From positions 160,001 through 224,000 of the forward strand of contig JBAXBA010000001.1 in assembly GCA_037142195.1 (NCBI GenBank): a stretch of 64,000 nt of DNA, given 5' to 3'. Source of the stretch: Pseudomonadota bacterium. GTDB taxonomy: Bacteria; Bdellovibrionota_B; Oligoflexia; Oligoflexales; CAIMVM01. The position numbers and the translations under genes are program-made. This document shows, one piece after another, positions 45,123 to 54,410 of the stretch (positions are counted from its first letter, which is position 1; the number at the start of each line of letters is the position of its first letter). Under the pieces are notes generated by a model that saw nothing but the letters and a program-made list of their open reading frames with translations, made no database searches and had not been told where the DNA came from.

Positions 45123-46178
45123 CTAAAGAATCTTTTCAAGATGGCTTCTCATCACTTCAAAACTAAACCTTTGTTTCGCTTTTTGACTTCTTTCTGTCCT
45201 TAAGGAAGGATCTTCTGTAAAGGCAGTATGAAGAAATGAGACGATTTCAGGGATGTCGTTTGGAGCTAGGTTGGAACAAAGTCCAGCAGAATCAAATAAG
45301 ACTTCATGAAGCGCTCCTGCTTTTGAAACGAGAATGGGAGTGCCACAAAGGAGAAACTCTTGGGCAACGCGGCAAATCACTTCGGAGCCTAGACTTGGTA
45401 TGATACCGATGGCGGTGGAGCTTAAAAGCTCGGAAGGATTATGGACATGGCCTTCTAAAATCTCGACGTCGTCACGGATTCCAAGTGTGCTTGCCGCATG
45501 CAAAAGATCCTTCTTGGTAAGGTTTTCATTGCGGCCAACGATTTGAAGGAGCGGTCGCGCCTCCCCGGGAAAGCACTGAATGTATTCAGAAAGCAATTGT
45601 TTCCAAAGGACCATAAACTCACGGTGGCCTTTAATCGGGTCAAATCTGCCAAAGATAAGACATCTTGGTCTCTTGCTAGTTTTGGGAGAGGGGCGCCAGT
45701 ACGAGGCATCCAGACCAATGACGATGGGATGTATAGTTTTCTCGGTAAACGATTTCAACTCGTTGGCAAGAACCTCACATGGGACTATAAATCCGGCAAC
45801 TTGATGATGGGATAACTTGTGTACAAGTTTTCGAAAGGGAGAAAAGCTGCGAAAACGCTCCCCCCGAAAGCGCCATTTTTGGACACCGGGAATAAAAAGG
45901 CTCAAAGTTTGCTCCAGACCACCGCAGGTAATCAAGAGAGAAGGCGCATGCTTTATGGCCAAATGTCGAAGTTCTCTTACGACACCCGACTTCAATTGAA
46001 AAGTGGTTAGGGGAGCTACGGCAAGGCCTAGCTGGTCAGCCCTCCTATGGGCAGGCGAGCCGCCAAGGGGCATAAATAAAACGTCATGACCACCTTCTTT
46101 TAAGGAGCGAGCCATGCTTAAAGCGTATTCAGTTATGGCAGAGTTCCATCGGTTGCTACTCAGAATCCAGATTTTCAT
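45123..46178 (-). CDS. Glycosyltransferase family 4
   Basis: FGRFDPIKGH and PSLGSEVICRVAQE (E-x7-E). Confidence 0.85.
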   Translation of the reverse strand: MKIWILSSNRWNSAITEYALSMARSLKEGGHDVLFMPLGGSPAHRRADQLGLAVAPLTTFQLKSGVVRELRHLAIKHAPSLLITCGGLEQTLSLFIPGVQKWRFRGERFRSFSPFRKLVHKLSHHQVAGFIVPCEVLANELKSFTEKTIHPIVIGLDASYWRPSPKTSKRPRCLIFGRFDPIKGHREFMVLWKQLLSEYIQCFPGEARPLLQIVGRNENLTKKDLLHAASTLGIRDDVEILEGHVHNPSELLSSTAIGIIPSLGSEVICRVAQEFLLCGTPILVSKAGALHEVLFDSAGLCSNLAPNDIPEIVSFLHTAFTEDPSLRTERSQKAKQRFSFEVMRSHLEKIL

Positions 46179-46232
46179 AGTATTTTCTTTATAGTGTTTT
46201 CTCTATAGTGATTTCTCTATAGTGATTTCTTT
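46177..46232. repeat. Tandem repeat, 4 x 14 bp (ATAGTGATTTCTCT)
   Basis: Copies start at 46177, 46191, 46205 and 46219, abutting the GT start codon in the GT/gcvT divergent region. Confidence 0.9.
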
Positions 46233-46355
46233 AAATTCTAAAATAGGCCGCCGTGGTCATTAAAATGAATATATCTCAGTTTTTCAATTGATTCTAGGAA
46301 CTCTAAAAGAAGATACTTCGTGAGTTTTTTTGAGCGTAAAAAAGGAGTCCCCCCG

Positions 46356-47459
46356 ATGACCATGAAAAGAACACGTCTGTTTGAGGAACATGTAAAGCTT
46401 GGAGCAAAAATTGTTCCGTTCGGAGGCTGGGATATGCCGGTGAGCTATTCTGGGGTACTTGCCGAGCACGCACACGTGCGAACAAAGTGTGGCATCTTTG
46501 ATGTTTCTCATATGGGAGAGCTTTTTGTCTCTGGAAAAGGCTCAGCCGAAGCTCTTCAAAAGGTAACGATTAACGACATCCAGCGTCTTAAGGTCGGCGA
46601 AGGTCAATATTCCGCGCTTTTAAATGAAAAAGGCGGAATTATAGATGATCTCATTCTTTACCGGCTCGAGAGTGAAACGTTTCTTCTATGCGTGAATGCA
46701 TCCAATATTGAAAAAGATTTTAACTGGTTAAAAGAAGTTTTACCCGCATCCATCCAAGTTGAGAACCAGTCTGAAAACTGGTCTCAAATCGCCGTTCAAG
46801 GGCCTAGTTCTAAGGCCGCATTAATGGGATGTTTAAATTCTGTGGATATCTCAAGATTTTCGGAATTAGAGTATATGAGCCTTATGAAAGCCCAGCTCGG
46901 GGGAGTCGAGGGTTTGATTGCTCGCACGGGCTATACGGGAGAGCTTGGCTATGAAATTTATCTGCCCCACGCGGGAGTCTTAGGGATTTGGAAAAAGCTT
47001 CTCGAGAATCCCGACGTTTTGCCAGTAGGACTGGGGGCTAGAGATACTTTGCGCCTCGAGGCATGTTATGTTCTCTACGGAAATGATATCGATGAAACTA
47101 CCACACCTTGGGAGGCGGGAATTGGCTGGGCGGTGCGCCTGGAGCAAAAAGGCGATTTTGTTGGGCGGCAGGCACTCGAGGCACAAAAGGCCGCAGGCGT
47201 TCCCCGAAAAATGGTAGCTTTTAAACTGGATGAGCCAGGAGTTCCGAGGCCCGGCATGGATATTTGGGCGAATGAGAAAATAATAGGCAAAGTGACCTCT
47301 GGCTCCGTTTTACCAACAGTTGGAGGTGCTGGTGGCATGGCACTTTTGCTTGCAGATTCGGTCAAAGTGGGCGACAAGATAGGTATCGATGTGAGAGGTA
47401 AGCAAAAGCTCGCTACGGTAGTGAAACGACCACTTTATACAGCCAAAATACACTCATAA
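46356..47459 (+). CDS. gcvT: Glycine cleavage aminomethyltransferase
   Basis: FGGWDMPV, FDVSHMGE, RTGYTGE and GLGARDTLRLEA; AAGGAG RBS. Confidence 0.97.
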   Translation: MTMKRTRLFEEHVKLGAKIVPFGGWDMPVSYSGVLAEHAHVRTKCGIFDVSHMGELFVSGKGSAEALQKVTINDIQRLKVGEGQYSALLNEKGGIIDDLILYRLESETFLLCVNASNIEKDFNWLKEVLPASIQVENQSENWSQIAVQGPSSKAALMGCLNSVDISRFSELEYMSLMKAQLGGVEGLIARTGYTGELGYEIYLPHAGVLGIWKKLLENPDVLPVGLGARDTLRLEACYVLYGNDIDETTTPWEAGIGWAVRLEQKGDFVGRQALEAQKAAGVPRKMVAFKLDEPGVPRPGMDIWANEKIIGKVTSGSVLPTVGGAGGMALLLADSVKVGDKIGIDVRGKQKLATVVKRPLYTAKIHS

Positions 47460-47476
47460 GCAAAGGGGCCTTAAAA

Positions 47477-47851
47477 ATGGACTTTACTCAAAAATTGAAA
47501 TTCTCAAAAGATCATGAATGGCTTTCTGCAACTACCGGCACAGTAAGCGTCGGTGTTAGCGCCTATGCTGTGGATCAACTTGGAGATATTGTTCACATTG
47601 ATCTTCCTAAAATTGGAGACACCTTTGGTGCCGGAGATCCATTTGGGACCATCGAGTCCACAAAGACGGTATCGGATCTTTATATGCCCGTTGAGGGCAA
47701 GGTCGTTGAAGTAAATACGGCCATCTTGAACTCTCCTGAAGCCCTTCAAGAAGACTGCTATAAAGATGGCTGGCTCCTTAGAATTGAAATTACAGGCCCT
47801 ACCGTTGAACTCCTGTCTGCTGCAGAGTATGAGTCGTTTATTAAGGAATAA
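47477..47851 (+). CDS. gcvH: Glycine cleavage H protein
   Basis: DHEW, QLGDIV, IESTKTVSDL (lipoyl Lys) and GWL. Confidence 0.96.
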   Translation: MDFTQKLKFSKDHEWLSATTGTVSVGVSAYAVDQLGDIVHIDLPKIGDTFGAGDPFGTIESTKTVSDLYMPVEGKVVEVNTAILNSPEALQEDCYKDGWLLRIEITGPTVELLSAAEYESFIKE

Positions 47852-47940
47852 AAGGGACTTTTTGCCCATTCCCTTGACACCTGTCTACTAATATTAACAA
47901 AAACCCTTTTGGAATCATTAGGGTTTTTGGCTTTTTGGGG

Positions 47941-47956
47941 CGGAACAGGAATTGCT
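47941..47956 (+). promoter_or_regulatory. Putative sigma-54 (-24/-12) promoter
   Basis: CGGAACAGGAATTGCT fits GG-N10-GC; 30 bp upstream of the ATG, with an AAGGAGG RBS between. Confidence 0.6.
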
Positions 47957-47985
47957 TTAAGGTCTCCGTAAGAAGGAGGCCACAG

Positions 47986-48291
47986 ATGAGTTTTGATACT
48001 ATAAATTTATTGGAAAGCTACCCACCGTCACTTCTATTTGGTTTTTGGAATGTCATCTTTCAAGAAGGCGTACGGGGCAATCATTTTCTTTTTGATGCTG
48101 TTCAGCCGCTTGGGACTCAGGGCGGTCTAGAATTAGATATGGTGTGGGCAAAGCTCTTGTCATGTGAAAGCCTCAACGAAGCTAAAAATCATTTAAGTGC
48201 CCAAGCTCCCCAGACATTTGAAGATGTAAAGCGTGTGTATCATGTTTGGCTAGATTCTAACTGCCAAGAGTTAAGAAGCTCTTTAAACTAA
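47986..48291 (+). CDS. Hypothetical protein (101 aa)
   Basis: Perfect AAGGAGG RBS before ATG 47986 and an upstream sigma-54-like promoter. Confidence 0.75.
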   Translation: MSFDTINLLESYPPSLLFGFWNVIFQEGVRGNHFLFDAVQPLGTQGGLELDMVWAKLLSCESLNEAKNHLSAQAPQTFEDVKRVYHVWLDSNCQELRSSLN

Positions 48292-49271
48292 AAAAGTGTG
48301 GGTTGGCTATCCTTGTAAATAGCACTGACATTATCTACGGTAGACTTCAATTCTGCCATATGACTTTTAGCTCCAGCGCCAAAAATATAAAGGTGTTCTG
48401 GCATTACCTCTTTGATGATTTCTTTAAGCTCGCCAATTGTGGGAGAGCAGTCCATGAGAAATGGTGAAATATTTGACGGCCTCGTTAGAGCGGACTCGAA
48501 GGCTAATGAGCTATCGTAAATGAGTGCTGACGGCCTCATCATCATAAACTTAAGCCGTCTACCAAATGGTACCGGTGAGGGGATAATCAAAACGCGATCA
48601 TCCACCGAGCGTTTAGACCATGTCCCCGGTTTTCCAATATGAAAATCATGGGACGTATAAACACTATTAATGCCGACTAAAGACGGATGAACAAGCGTAG
48701 GAATGAGAGCTTGATCTAGGGTTTTTATGACCTCTTGAGCCAGTCCAAATGGGGGTGTATAAATCACCGGCCAAACGCCGGAAGTAGATTTGATTTTAAG
48801 TATCCAATCTACCAAGCGCTCTTTCTCTTTTCTAATGGAGTGGTTCACCATGTGAGCGCTAGAGTGGGCTTTTAAGACTAAAGTTTTTGCTTTTCGAAGT
48901 TGTGCTTTTCGAGTTAAAAGGTGTTTTTGCAAGGTAATACTGGGAGCATAAAGAATAGAATCACTTTTGGTTTCTAAATATAAGGAAGCTCCACCAAGCA
49001 CCTTACCTGAGGGTAGTAGTTCAAGTTTATAATTACCGATCATAAACGGACGATTGTATTGGCATTGCAGAGCATTAGTTTTCATTCTAGCCGCTTCCAT
49101 CAGGGAAGCAGACTCTTCACTCATAATGATCTGTTTAGAGTTAATGGGCGACAATGTGGGTTCAGAAATAAAATTCATTCCTTCAGAAGAGTTGACGTCC
49201 AAAGTTAAAATAGACCCTAAGAGAATTAATCCCGAGTCTTTCGTTTCAAATTGGAGTCGATCCTTTGTCAC
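48288..49271 (-). CDS. Degenerate metallo-beta-lactamase/beta-CASP-like protein
   Basis: LELLPSGKVLGGASL and ILYAPSI occupy the positions of the PAGHxLGSA and YTGD motifs; FGLAQEV resembles GKAQE. Confidence 0.6.
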   Translation of the reverse strand: MTKDRLQFETKDSGLILLGSILTLDVNSSEGMNFISEPTLSPINSKQIIMSEESASLMEAARMKTNALQCQYNRPFMIGNYKLELLPSGKVLGGASLYLETKSDSILYAPSITLQKHLLTRKAQLRKAKTLVLKAHSSAHMVNHSIRKEKERLVDWILKIKSTSGVWPVIYTPPFGLAQEVIKTLDQALIPTLVHPSLVGINSVYTSHDFHIGKPGTWSKRSVDDRVLIIPSPVPFGRRLKFMMMRPSALIYDSSLAFESALTRPSNISPFLMDCSPTIGELKEIIKEVMPEHLYIFGAGAKSHMAELKSTVDNVSAIYKDSQPTLF

Positions 49272-49303
49272 AAATAAAATTCCTAAACATTATTCCATAT
49301 TTT

Positions 49304-49332
49304 AGGATAGTTAAGGCAACCCCAAACGTCAA
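49304..49332 (-). promoter_or_regulatory. Putative sigma-70 promoter
   Basis: TTGACG-17 bp-TATCCT on the minus strand, 33 bp upstream of the 49271 start. Confidence 0.55.
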
Positions 49333-49422
49333 GGCTTTGATTAGGGAGCAGGCAGGTCTAGGGCATTTGTTGTTCTGGCCCAAATCTCTCGGATGAACTC
49401 ATAGGACGGAGTCATGGATTCA

Positions 49423-49611
49423 TTAATAGCCGCGGTTTAGTTTGATTTCGACGTTGTGGATAGAGTGGTAAAGCTGTTCCCAGTAAAAATCACCAAAGTC
49501 GACGCAGCCCTCGGTAGAGCCGTTATTTAAAAAAGCATATAAAGTTAAATAATCTTTATACTTAGCTACGATTGTATTAAAAAAGTGCCGCCTGGTCTCA
49601 TAGGAAATCAT
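49423..49611 (-). CDS. Possible small protein (62 aa)
   Basis: Fills an intergenic gap; GGGGTG RBS-like sequence upstream; no family recognised. Confidence 0.4.
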   Translation of the reverse strand: MISYETRRHFFNTIVAKYKDYLTLYAFLNNGSTEGCVDFGDFYWEQLYHSIHNVEIKLNRGY

Positions 49612-49679
49612 TCCATCACCCCCACAATGAGTCCAAGATCGGCTATAATGTAAGAGACTTTAGGGGAATATGGACATCT

Positions 49680-50333
49680 GTGGGTAACCTGACGGAACTA
49701 ATATTAATCCTGCTTTTCGCGATAGCACTCGGGGCTTTCGCAGCCAAGGTATTAACCGCGCCGCCAAAAAGAAATAAGGGGAGAGGCGCCACTTTGGCTA
49801 CCCTTCTGGCCCGGGTGGAACGCTCCAAGGGTGCTTTAGAGGCCGCCCTCAACCGCCAGACGATACCCTTAGAACAAATGGAAAAGGCTGCCCGCACATT
49901 GGAGCACCTGCTTGAGCTTTTGAACCAGCTCAAAAAAGAGGGCCGGCTAGACCCTCTGTCTCTTAATTCCGCGGTTTTTATCGCCGAAGATATTGATCGG
50001 CTTCTTGGGAAAAAAGAAGCTCCAGAGTCCTCCGAGACTCACCACTGCTATTTCTGCTCGAGACCGCATAAGGGACAAAAAGCCATGGCTCAAATCAAAC
50101 AGGGCGAAATCAAAAGCGACGTTACGGCTTGCGAAACCTGTTTGAACAAAATAAAATCAGGGGGCAAAGCAAAGGTTCTTCATTTCACGGATGGTGACGG
50201 TAAAGCCGTGCACTGGAGCGAGTATAAAGAATTTTTGCCAAACAGTTCGTATTGGACTATCAATACAGATCAGCCTTCGCCAAAAAAGCCAGCTCATCTG
50301 GCCTTAGTTAAAGACGATGGCATTAACACTTAG
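49680..50333 (+). CDS. Membrane-anchored hypothetical protein with CxxC...CxxC zinc-finger-like motif
   Basis: N-terminal TM, coiled coil, CYFC and CETC. Confidence 0.7.
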   Translation: MGNLTELILILLFAIALGAFAAKVLTAPPKRNKGRGATLATLLARVERSKGALEAALNRQTIPLEQMEKAARTLEHLLELLNQLKKEGRLDPLSLNSAVFIAEDIDRLLGKKEAPESSETHHCYFCSRPHKGQKAMAQIKQGEIKSDVTACETCLNKIKSGGKAKVLHFTDGDGKAVHWSEYKEFLPNSSYWTINTDQPSPKKPAHLALVKDDGINT

Positions 50334-50344
50334 GGAGCCCTTGC

Positions 50345-51328
50345 ATGAAAAAGCCAGTCCACGTTGCAGTTACAGGTGCCGCCGGTCAAATTGGTTATAG
50401 CCTCCTATTCAGATTAGCGTCTGGAGAGGTATTTGGTGAAGACACCCCGGTACATCTCCATATGTTAGAGCTTCCTCAAGCAATCAAGGCTGCGGAAGGT
50501 ACCGCCATGGAGCTCGAAGATTGTGCGTTTAAGACTCTTGCAGGGATTCATATCCATGACAATGCTGAAGCGGCATTTAATGGAATTCATTGGGCGCTGC
50601 TTGTAGGTTCCATGCCGAGGGGCCCAGGAATGGAACGAAATGATTTGATTCGGGCAAATGGACCGATTTTTGTAGGACAGGGAAAAGCTCTCAATCGCGC
50701 TGCCAGTGATGTCAGAGTTGTGGTCGTAGGGAACCCTTGCAACACGAATGCCCTCATTGCTCAACACAACTGTAAAGACATTCCCCCTACCCGCTTTTCA
50801 GCCATGACGGCACTCGATGAAAATCGAGCCAAATGGCAAGTAGCCGCCAAAGCAAAAGTGGGAGTGGGTCAAGTTACAAATATGGCTATTTGGGGAAATC
50901 ATTCCTCTACCATGGTCCCTGATTTTGAAAACGCCCTTATTGATGGCAAGCCTCTTACGAGCGTTTTAACGGATCGCAAGTGGCTAGAAACTGATTTCTT
51001 TACTACGGTTCAAAAACGTGGAGCTGCCATCATCGATGCACGCGGCAAGTCATCAGCCGCTTCCGCCGCTTCCGCTGCCATTGATCACGTCAAGAACCTC
51101 CTAAATCCAACCAAGCCAGGAGACTTCTTTTCCGCTGCTGTGCCGTCTAATGGCAAGCACTATGGAATACCCTCAGGTCTTATGTTCTCTCTTCCTCTTC
51201 GCTCTAATGGCAAGGATTGGGAGGTGGTTGAGGGCATTAAACTTTCTGACTTCACCAAAGCGAAGATTAAATTGACTACCGACGAGCTTCTGGCCGAACG
51301 TGAAGTGGTTAAAGAGCTTTTAGGCTAA
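50345..51328 (+). CDS. mdh: Malate dehydrogenase
   Basis: [34 protein letters not shown] and WGNHS. Confidence 0.97.
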   Translation: MKKPVHVAVTGAAGQIGYSLLFRLASGEVFGEDTPVHLHMLELPQAIKAAEGTAMELEDCAFKTLAGIHIHDNAEAAFNGIHWALLVGSMPRGPGMERNDLIRANGPIFVGQGKALNRAASDVRVVVVGNPCNTNALIAQHNCKDIPPTRFSAMTALDENRAKWQVAAKAKVGVGQVTNMAIWGNHSSTMVPDFENALIDGKPLTSVLTDRKWLETDFFTTVQKRGAAIIDARGKSSAASAASAAIDHVKNLLNPTKPGDFFSAAVPSNGKHYGIPSGLMFSLPLRSNGKDWEVVEGIKLSDFTKAKIKLTTDELLAEREVVKELLG

Positions 51329-51337
51329 GTAAGATTG

Positions 51338-51361
51338 AAGGCGGCACTAAGCCGCCTTTTT
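51338..51361 (+). terminator. Rho-independent terminator after mdh
   Basis: AAGGCGGC-ACTAA-GCCGCCTT followed by T residues. Confidence 0.85.
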
Positions 51362-51436
51362 GATACCAGAATGCATTTGTGTTTTTGACGCTCTATTCAG
51401 AGAGATAAAATACGGTATACTTAATAGGAGTCGACT

Positions 51437-51961
51437 TTGCTAAGGAGCCAACCTCTGTTAAAAACTATTTTCATTCTATTAATCTCCGGATGCGCCCAAT
51501 TTAAGGGGCTTCTTTCTGGCGGAAATGAGTCACTAGATCAGCCCACGAGTGTCAAATCAAGTGAGGCCAAAGAGCCACAAGATGTGCATTCTGTTAAAGT
51601 AGTGGATGAAGTCACTTTTATGATTCCATCCGAGAAAACTAAAGTTTGGAATGCCCTATTGGACGTATTAGGGAAGAACTACAATATCCTGGTTCTTGAT
51701 GAGAAATCAGGAGTCATCTCTACCGACTGGGATAGCTTCTATTTAGAAGGGCAAACCCTTAGAAACAAAGTGAGTGTTCGGGTCTCCCAGCAGGATGAAG
51801 GGACTACGAAAGTCTTATTGGCCAACAATGAAGAAGTGCTCAAAGAAAAAGCAAGCAACTCTGGCTATATCTGGCTGCCTTCAGGCGAGAAAAAAGCTGA
51901 AATAAAACGGATTGTTAAAAATACCGCTACCATTCTTGGGCATATCGTACCCGAGATGTAA
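51437..51961 (+). CDS. Lipoprotein, BamC/NlpB-like
   Basis: Lipobox ISGC; VWNALLDVL...DEKSGVISTDW helix-grip pattern; AGGAG RBS. Confidence 0.65.
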   Translation: MLRSQPLLKTIFILLISGCAQFKGLLSGGNESLDQPTSVKSSEAKEPQDVHSVKVVDEVTFMIPSEKTKVWNALLDVLGKNYNILVLDEKSGVISTDWDSFYLEGQTLRNKVSVRVSQQDEGTTKVLLANNEEVLKEKASNSGYIWLPSGEKKAEIKRIVKNTATILGHIVPEM

Positions 51962-52035
51962 CAGCAGATATTGAGTGCTTGCCTAGAGCGACATTTGCTG
52001 CTAGTTTTTCGCCTGGTTCCCATTGGTGCCGATGT

Positions 52036-52125
52036 GGAGGAATGGCCGAGTGGCTGAAGGCGGCGGTCTTGAAAACCGTTATAGGCGTAAGCTTATCGGG
52101 GGTTCGAATCCCTCTTCCTCCGCCA
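52036..52125 (+). tRNA. tRNA-Ser(TGA)
   Basis: Cloverleaf with long variable arm, anticodon arm GCGGT-CT-TGA-AA-ACCGT, GGTTCGAATCC and 3' GCCA. Confidence 0.97.
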
Positions 52126-52157
52126 GCAGCACCAAAAAGAATCGATCATAAGGGTTA

Positions 52158-52247
52158 GGAAAGGTGGCTGAGTGGCCGAAAGCACATCCTTGCTAAGGAT
52201 GCGTACGGGTAACTGTACCGAGGGTTCGAATCCCTCCCTTTCCGCCA
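52158..52247 (+). tRNA. tRNA-Ser(GCT)
   Basis: Anticodon arm CATCC-TT-GCT-AA-GGATG, long variable arm, T-loop and 3' GCCA. Confidence 0.97.
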
Positions 52248-52753
52248 ACCTGGTTTCCCTCGAAGAGCAAATAAGCTCATTCCCAACCTGAGACCAAAAA
52301 TGGCATTTTCAATCCCGTCATAATTTTTCCAAAGCTTCTTTAAAAATACCTTGCTTTTGCTCAAGTCCTTTTCACGGGAGCCCATTGTCACTTGTGGTAG
52401 CAAGTATTTCCGCGAGATGTTTTTAATAAGCGCTAATCCCGCAGAGATGAAATAGCCAATCAAAAACAGATGCTACTTGATCACTTTTCTTCTAACTGTG
52501 AATCATTACAGGGGCAGCGAAAGGTGTGAACGTGGATTTAAGGAAGCTATGTTTTCTGTCATTTCTGCAAAGGAGGATAGAAAGAAATCGCACAAGAACA
52601 TAAAAATCTCGCTACATGAACCTCCAGCCATGTACAAGTTTGTGTGAGTTTCATGTAGCGTAAATCTATAGATCTCAAGAGCCAAACTCAAAAGTCTCTG
52701 AGTCCGACCGCGGTGGCAGTATAAACCAGCAACTTAATTAAATCGCGAGGCCT

Positions 52754-52787
52754 AAAAAACCCGCTATGCAGGGTTGCGCAGCGGGTT
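52754..52787 (-). terminator. Rho-independent terminator
   Basis: Minus strand AACCCGCTG...TAGCGGG followed by T6, downstream of the membrane-protein gene. Confidence 0.75.
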
Positions 52788-52857
52788 CAAGGGGATCTAA
52801 ATGTAGTCACTGGCATTTGAGGGAAATTGTAAAATGCCTGATGACTGACATTTCCAA

Positions 52858-54009
52858 TTAAACTTCCGAAGCCTTCATGTGGGACTGCTTGAGCCCGAGG
52901 TAGGATTGTAGCTCCTGTTGTTGGCTTGGACGCCAAATTTTTTGATCCAGATAAAAATGGTGGCCTATAATTCCTAAAAATAGGCAGTACGCCCAAGTAG
53001 AGGCAGTGCTTGGCGTATAGTTTCCGAAAGCGGAAGGCCAATCTCCAAGATTCCAAACGATGCCCGCAAAAATCCCACCAAAAAAGAGCGCTACAACGCT
53101 ATAGCGAAGGAAGCTGCCCCCCACCCATTTTGCTAATCCATAGTCGTCTGATTGAGATCTTCCTTCCCCATAACGCTTATGGGAGTAGTGCCACACGATG
53201 GCGTGATACTGAATATTGTGAAAAAGAGAATTCATAATGGCAATGACCATGAAAGCCTGAGCTCCATTCGCGGCGGCACTATAAAACGGCTCTAAAGGGG
53301 CAACGACATAGAACATCACGGAATAAAAAATCAAGCATACCATCCCATAAAGAAAAGGCACATTGCCGCCGTTTTTATTTGCGAACGGTTTTGATTTTAG
53401 ATAAGTGGCAATTAAATACAGAAGAGTTATGGCCGTCGCAATTTTGGGCGCATAGTTAAAAAAGAAGCCCAAAGCAGGATCCATAGCCTCTTTCTTGGGA
53501 AAAGAAGGAAATACAGACTGAAATTTAAGATTTATGAGAAAGAAGACTTGAGGTGCAATCACAGCGGCAAAAATACCGAACCTAAATCGGTCTTTAATGG
53601 AGCTTGGTAAGCCGGACTTGTTGCTGTAGATACTCATAAAGCCAAAGTGCTGGCGAGCATTGTGGTAGAGACTCCAGAGGAAAATAAAAAATCCATATAA
53701 TTCCATATAATGAGACCCAGAATTTTGATGATCTAAAAGAACCATTAAAATAGGAAATAGGAAGAATACTAGGCTCCATGTGAGAAAACCAGGATTCTGT
53801 CTTCTAAAATCTCTATCGATATAGGTACGACTAAAAGTAGCCCAAAAATGCGATCCTTCAAAAAGAACCAGCCAGGCCCATAGGAATAAGGGGATAAGAG
53901 CGGGAAAGCTTATTCCAGCCAATGGCACGAGAAGAGTGAGTAGAGCTCCTCCCATAATAAAGGCGAGATCATACTGACGACTGCGCACCCAAATCGAACC
54001 ACTATTCAT
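52858..54009 (-). CDS. Polytopic membrane protein with four His motifs, function unknown
   Basis: About 9-10 hydrophobic segments; SHFWAT, YHNARQHFG, FHNIQYH and GHHFYLD; GGAG RBS before ATG 54009. Confidence 0.8.
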   Translation of the reverse strand: MNSGSIWVRSRQYDLAFIMGGALLTLLVPLAGISFPALIPLFLWAWLVLFEGSHFWATFSRTYIDRDFRRQNPGFLTWSLVFFLFPILMVLLDHQNSGSHYMELYGFFIFLWSLYHNARQHFGFMSIYSNKSGLPSSIKDRFRFGIFAAVIAPQVFFLINLKFQSVFPSFPKKEAMDPALGFFFNYAPKIATAITLLYLIATYLKSKPFANKNGGNVPFLYGMVCLIFYSVMFYVVAPLEPFYSAAANGAQAFMVIAIMNSLFHNIQYHAIVWHYSHKRYGEGRSQSDDYGLAKWVGGSFLRYSVVALFFGGIFAGIVWNLGDWPSAFGNYTPSTASTWAYCLFLGIIGHHFYLDQKIWRPSQQQELQSYLGLKQSHMKASEV

Positions 54010-54410
54010 AGAGAAATCTCCATAGACAATCAAAACCGTTTAACATGTGAACAACTATTGACATGTTAGCGAAGGTTTCCTTCTTTGCAAGTAGAAGAAT
54101 CCATTAATTGATAAAATAAAGAGGGAATTTTTTTGGAAACTTTCTCAAACAAGTCGAAATTTAGAAAGAAAAAAGCCTGCTTTGCTTAAGTGTTCAGCAT
54201 TTCAGAGTCTTCCCCGATCAAGGTCGCTAAGGAAAGCATTCCCATAAAGGAATCTTTAAAAAGATATCATTTCCATTTGAAAATACAAAATAAACGAAAA
54301 GATAAACATCCTAATTCTATAGACACGAGATGAAGTTGTCAGTCTGACTTGCTAAAATAGAATCAAACAAGCTCCCATTAAAAAGCCCTGAACTCTACGA
54401 AGGTGCCCAC

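Noticed and set aside
52155..52463. 102-aa minus-strand ORF
   Set aside because: Its 3' part is the antisense of tRNA-Ser(GCT) and no family is recognisable; at most a gene fragment.
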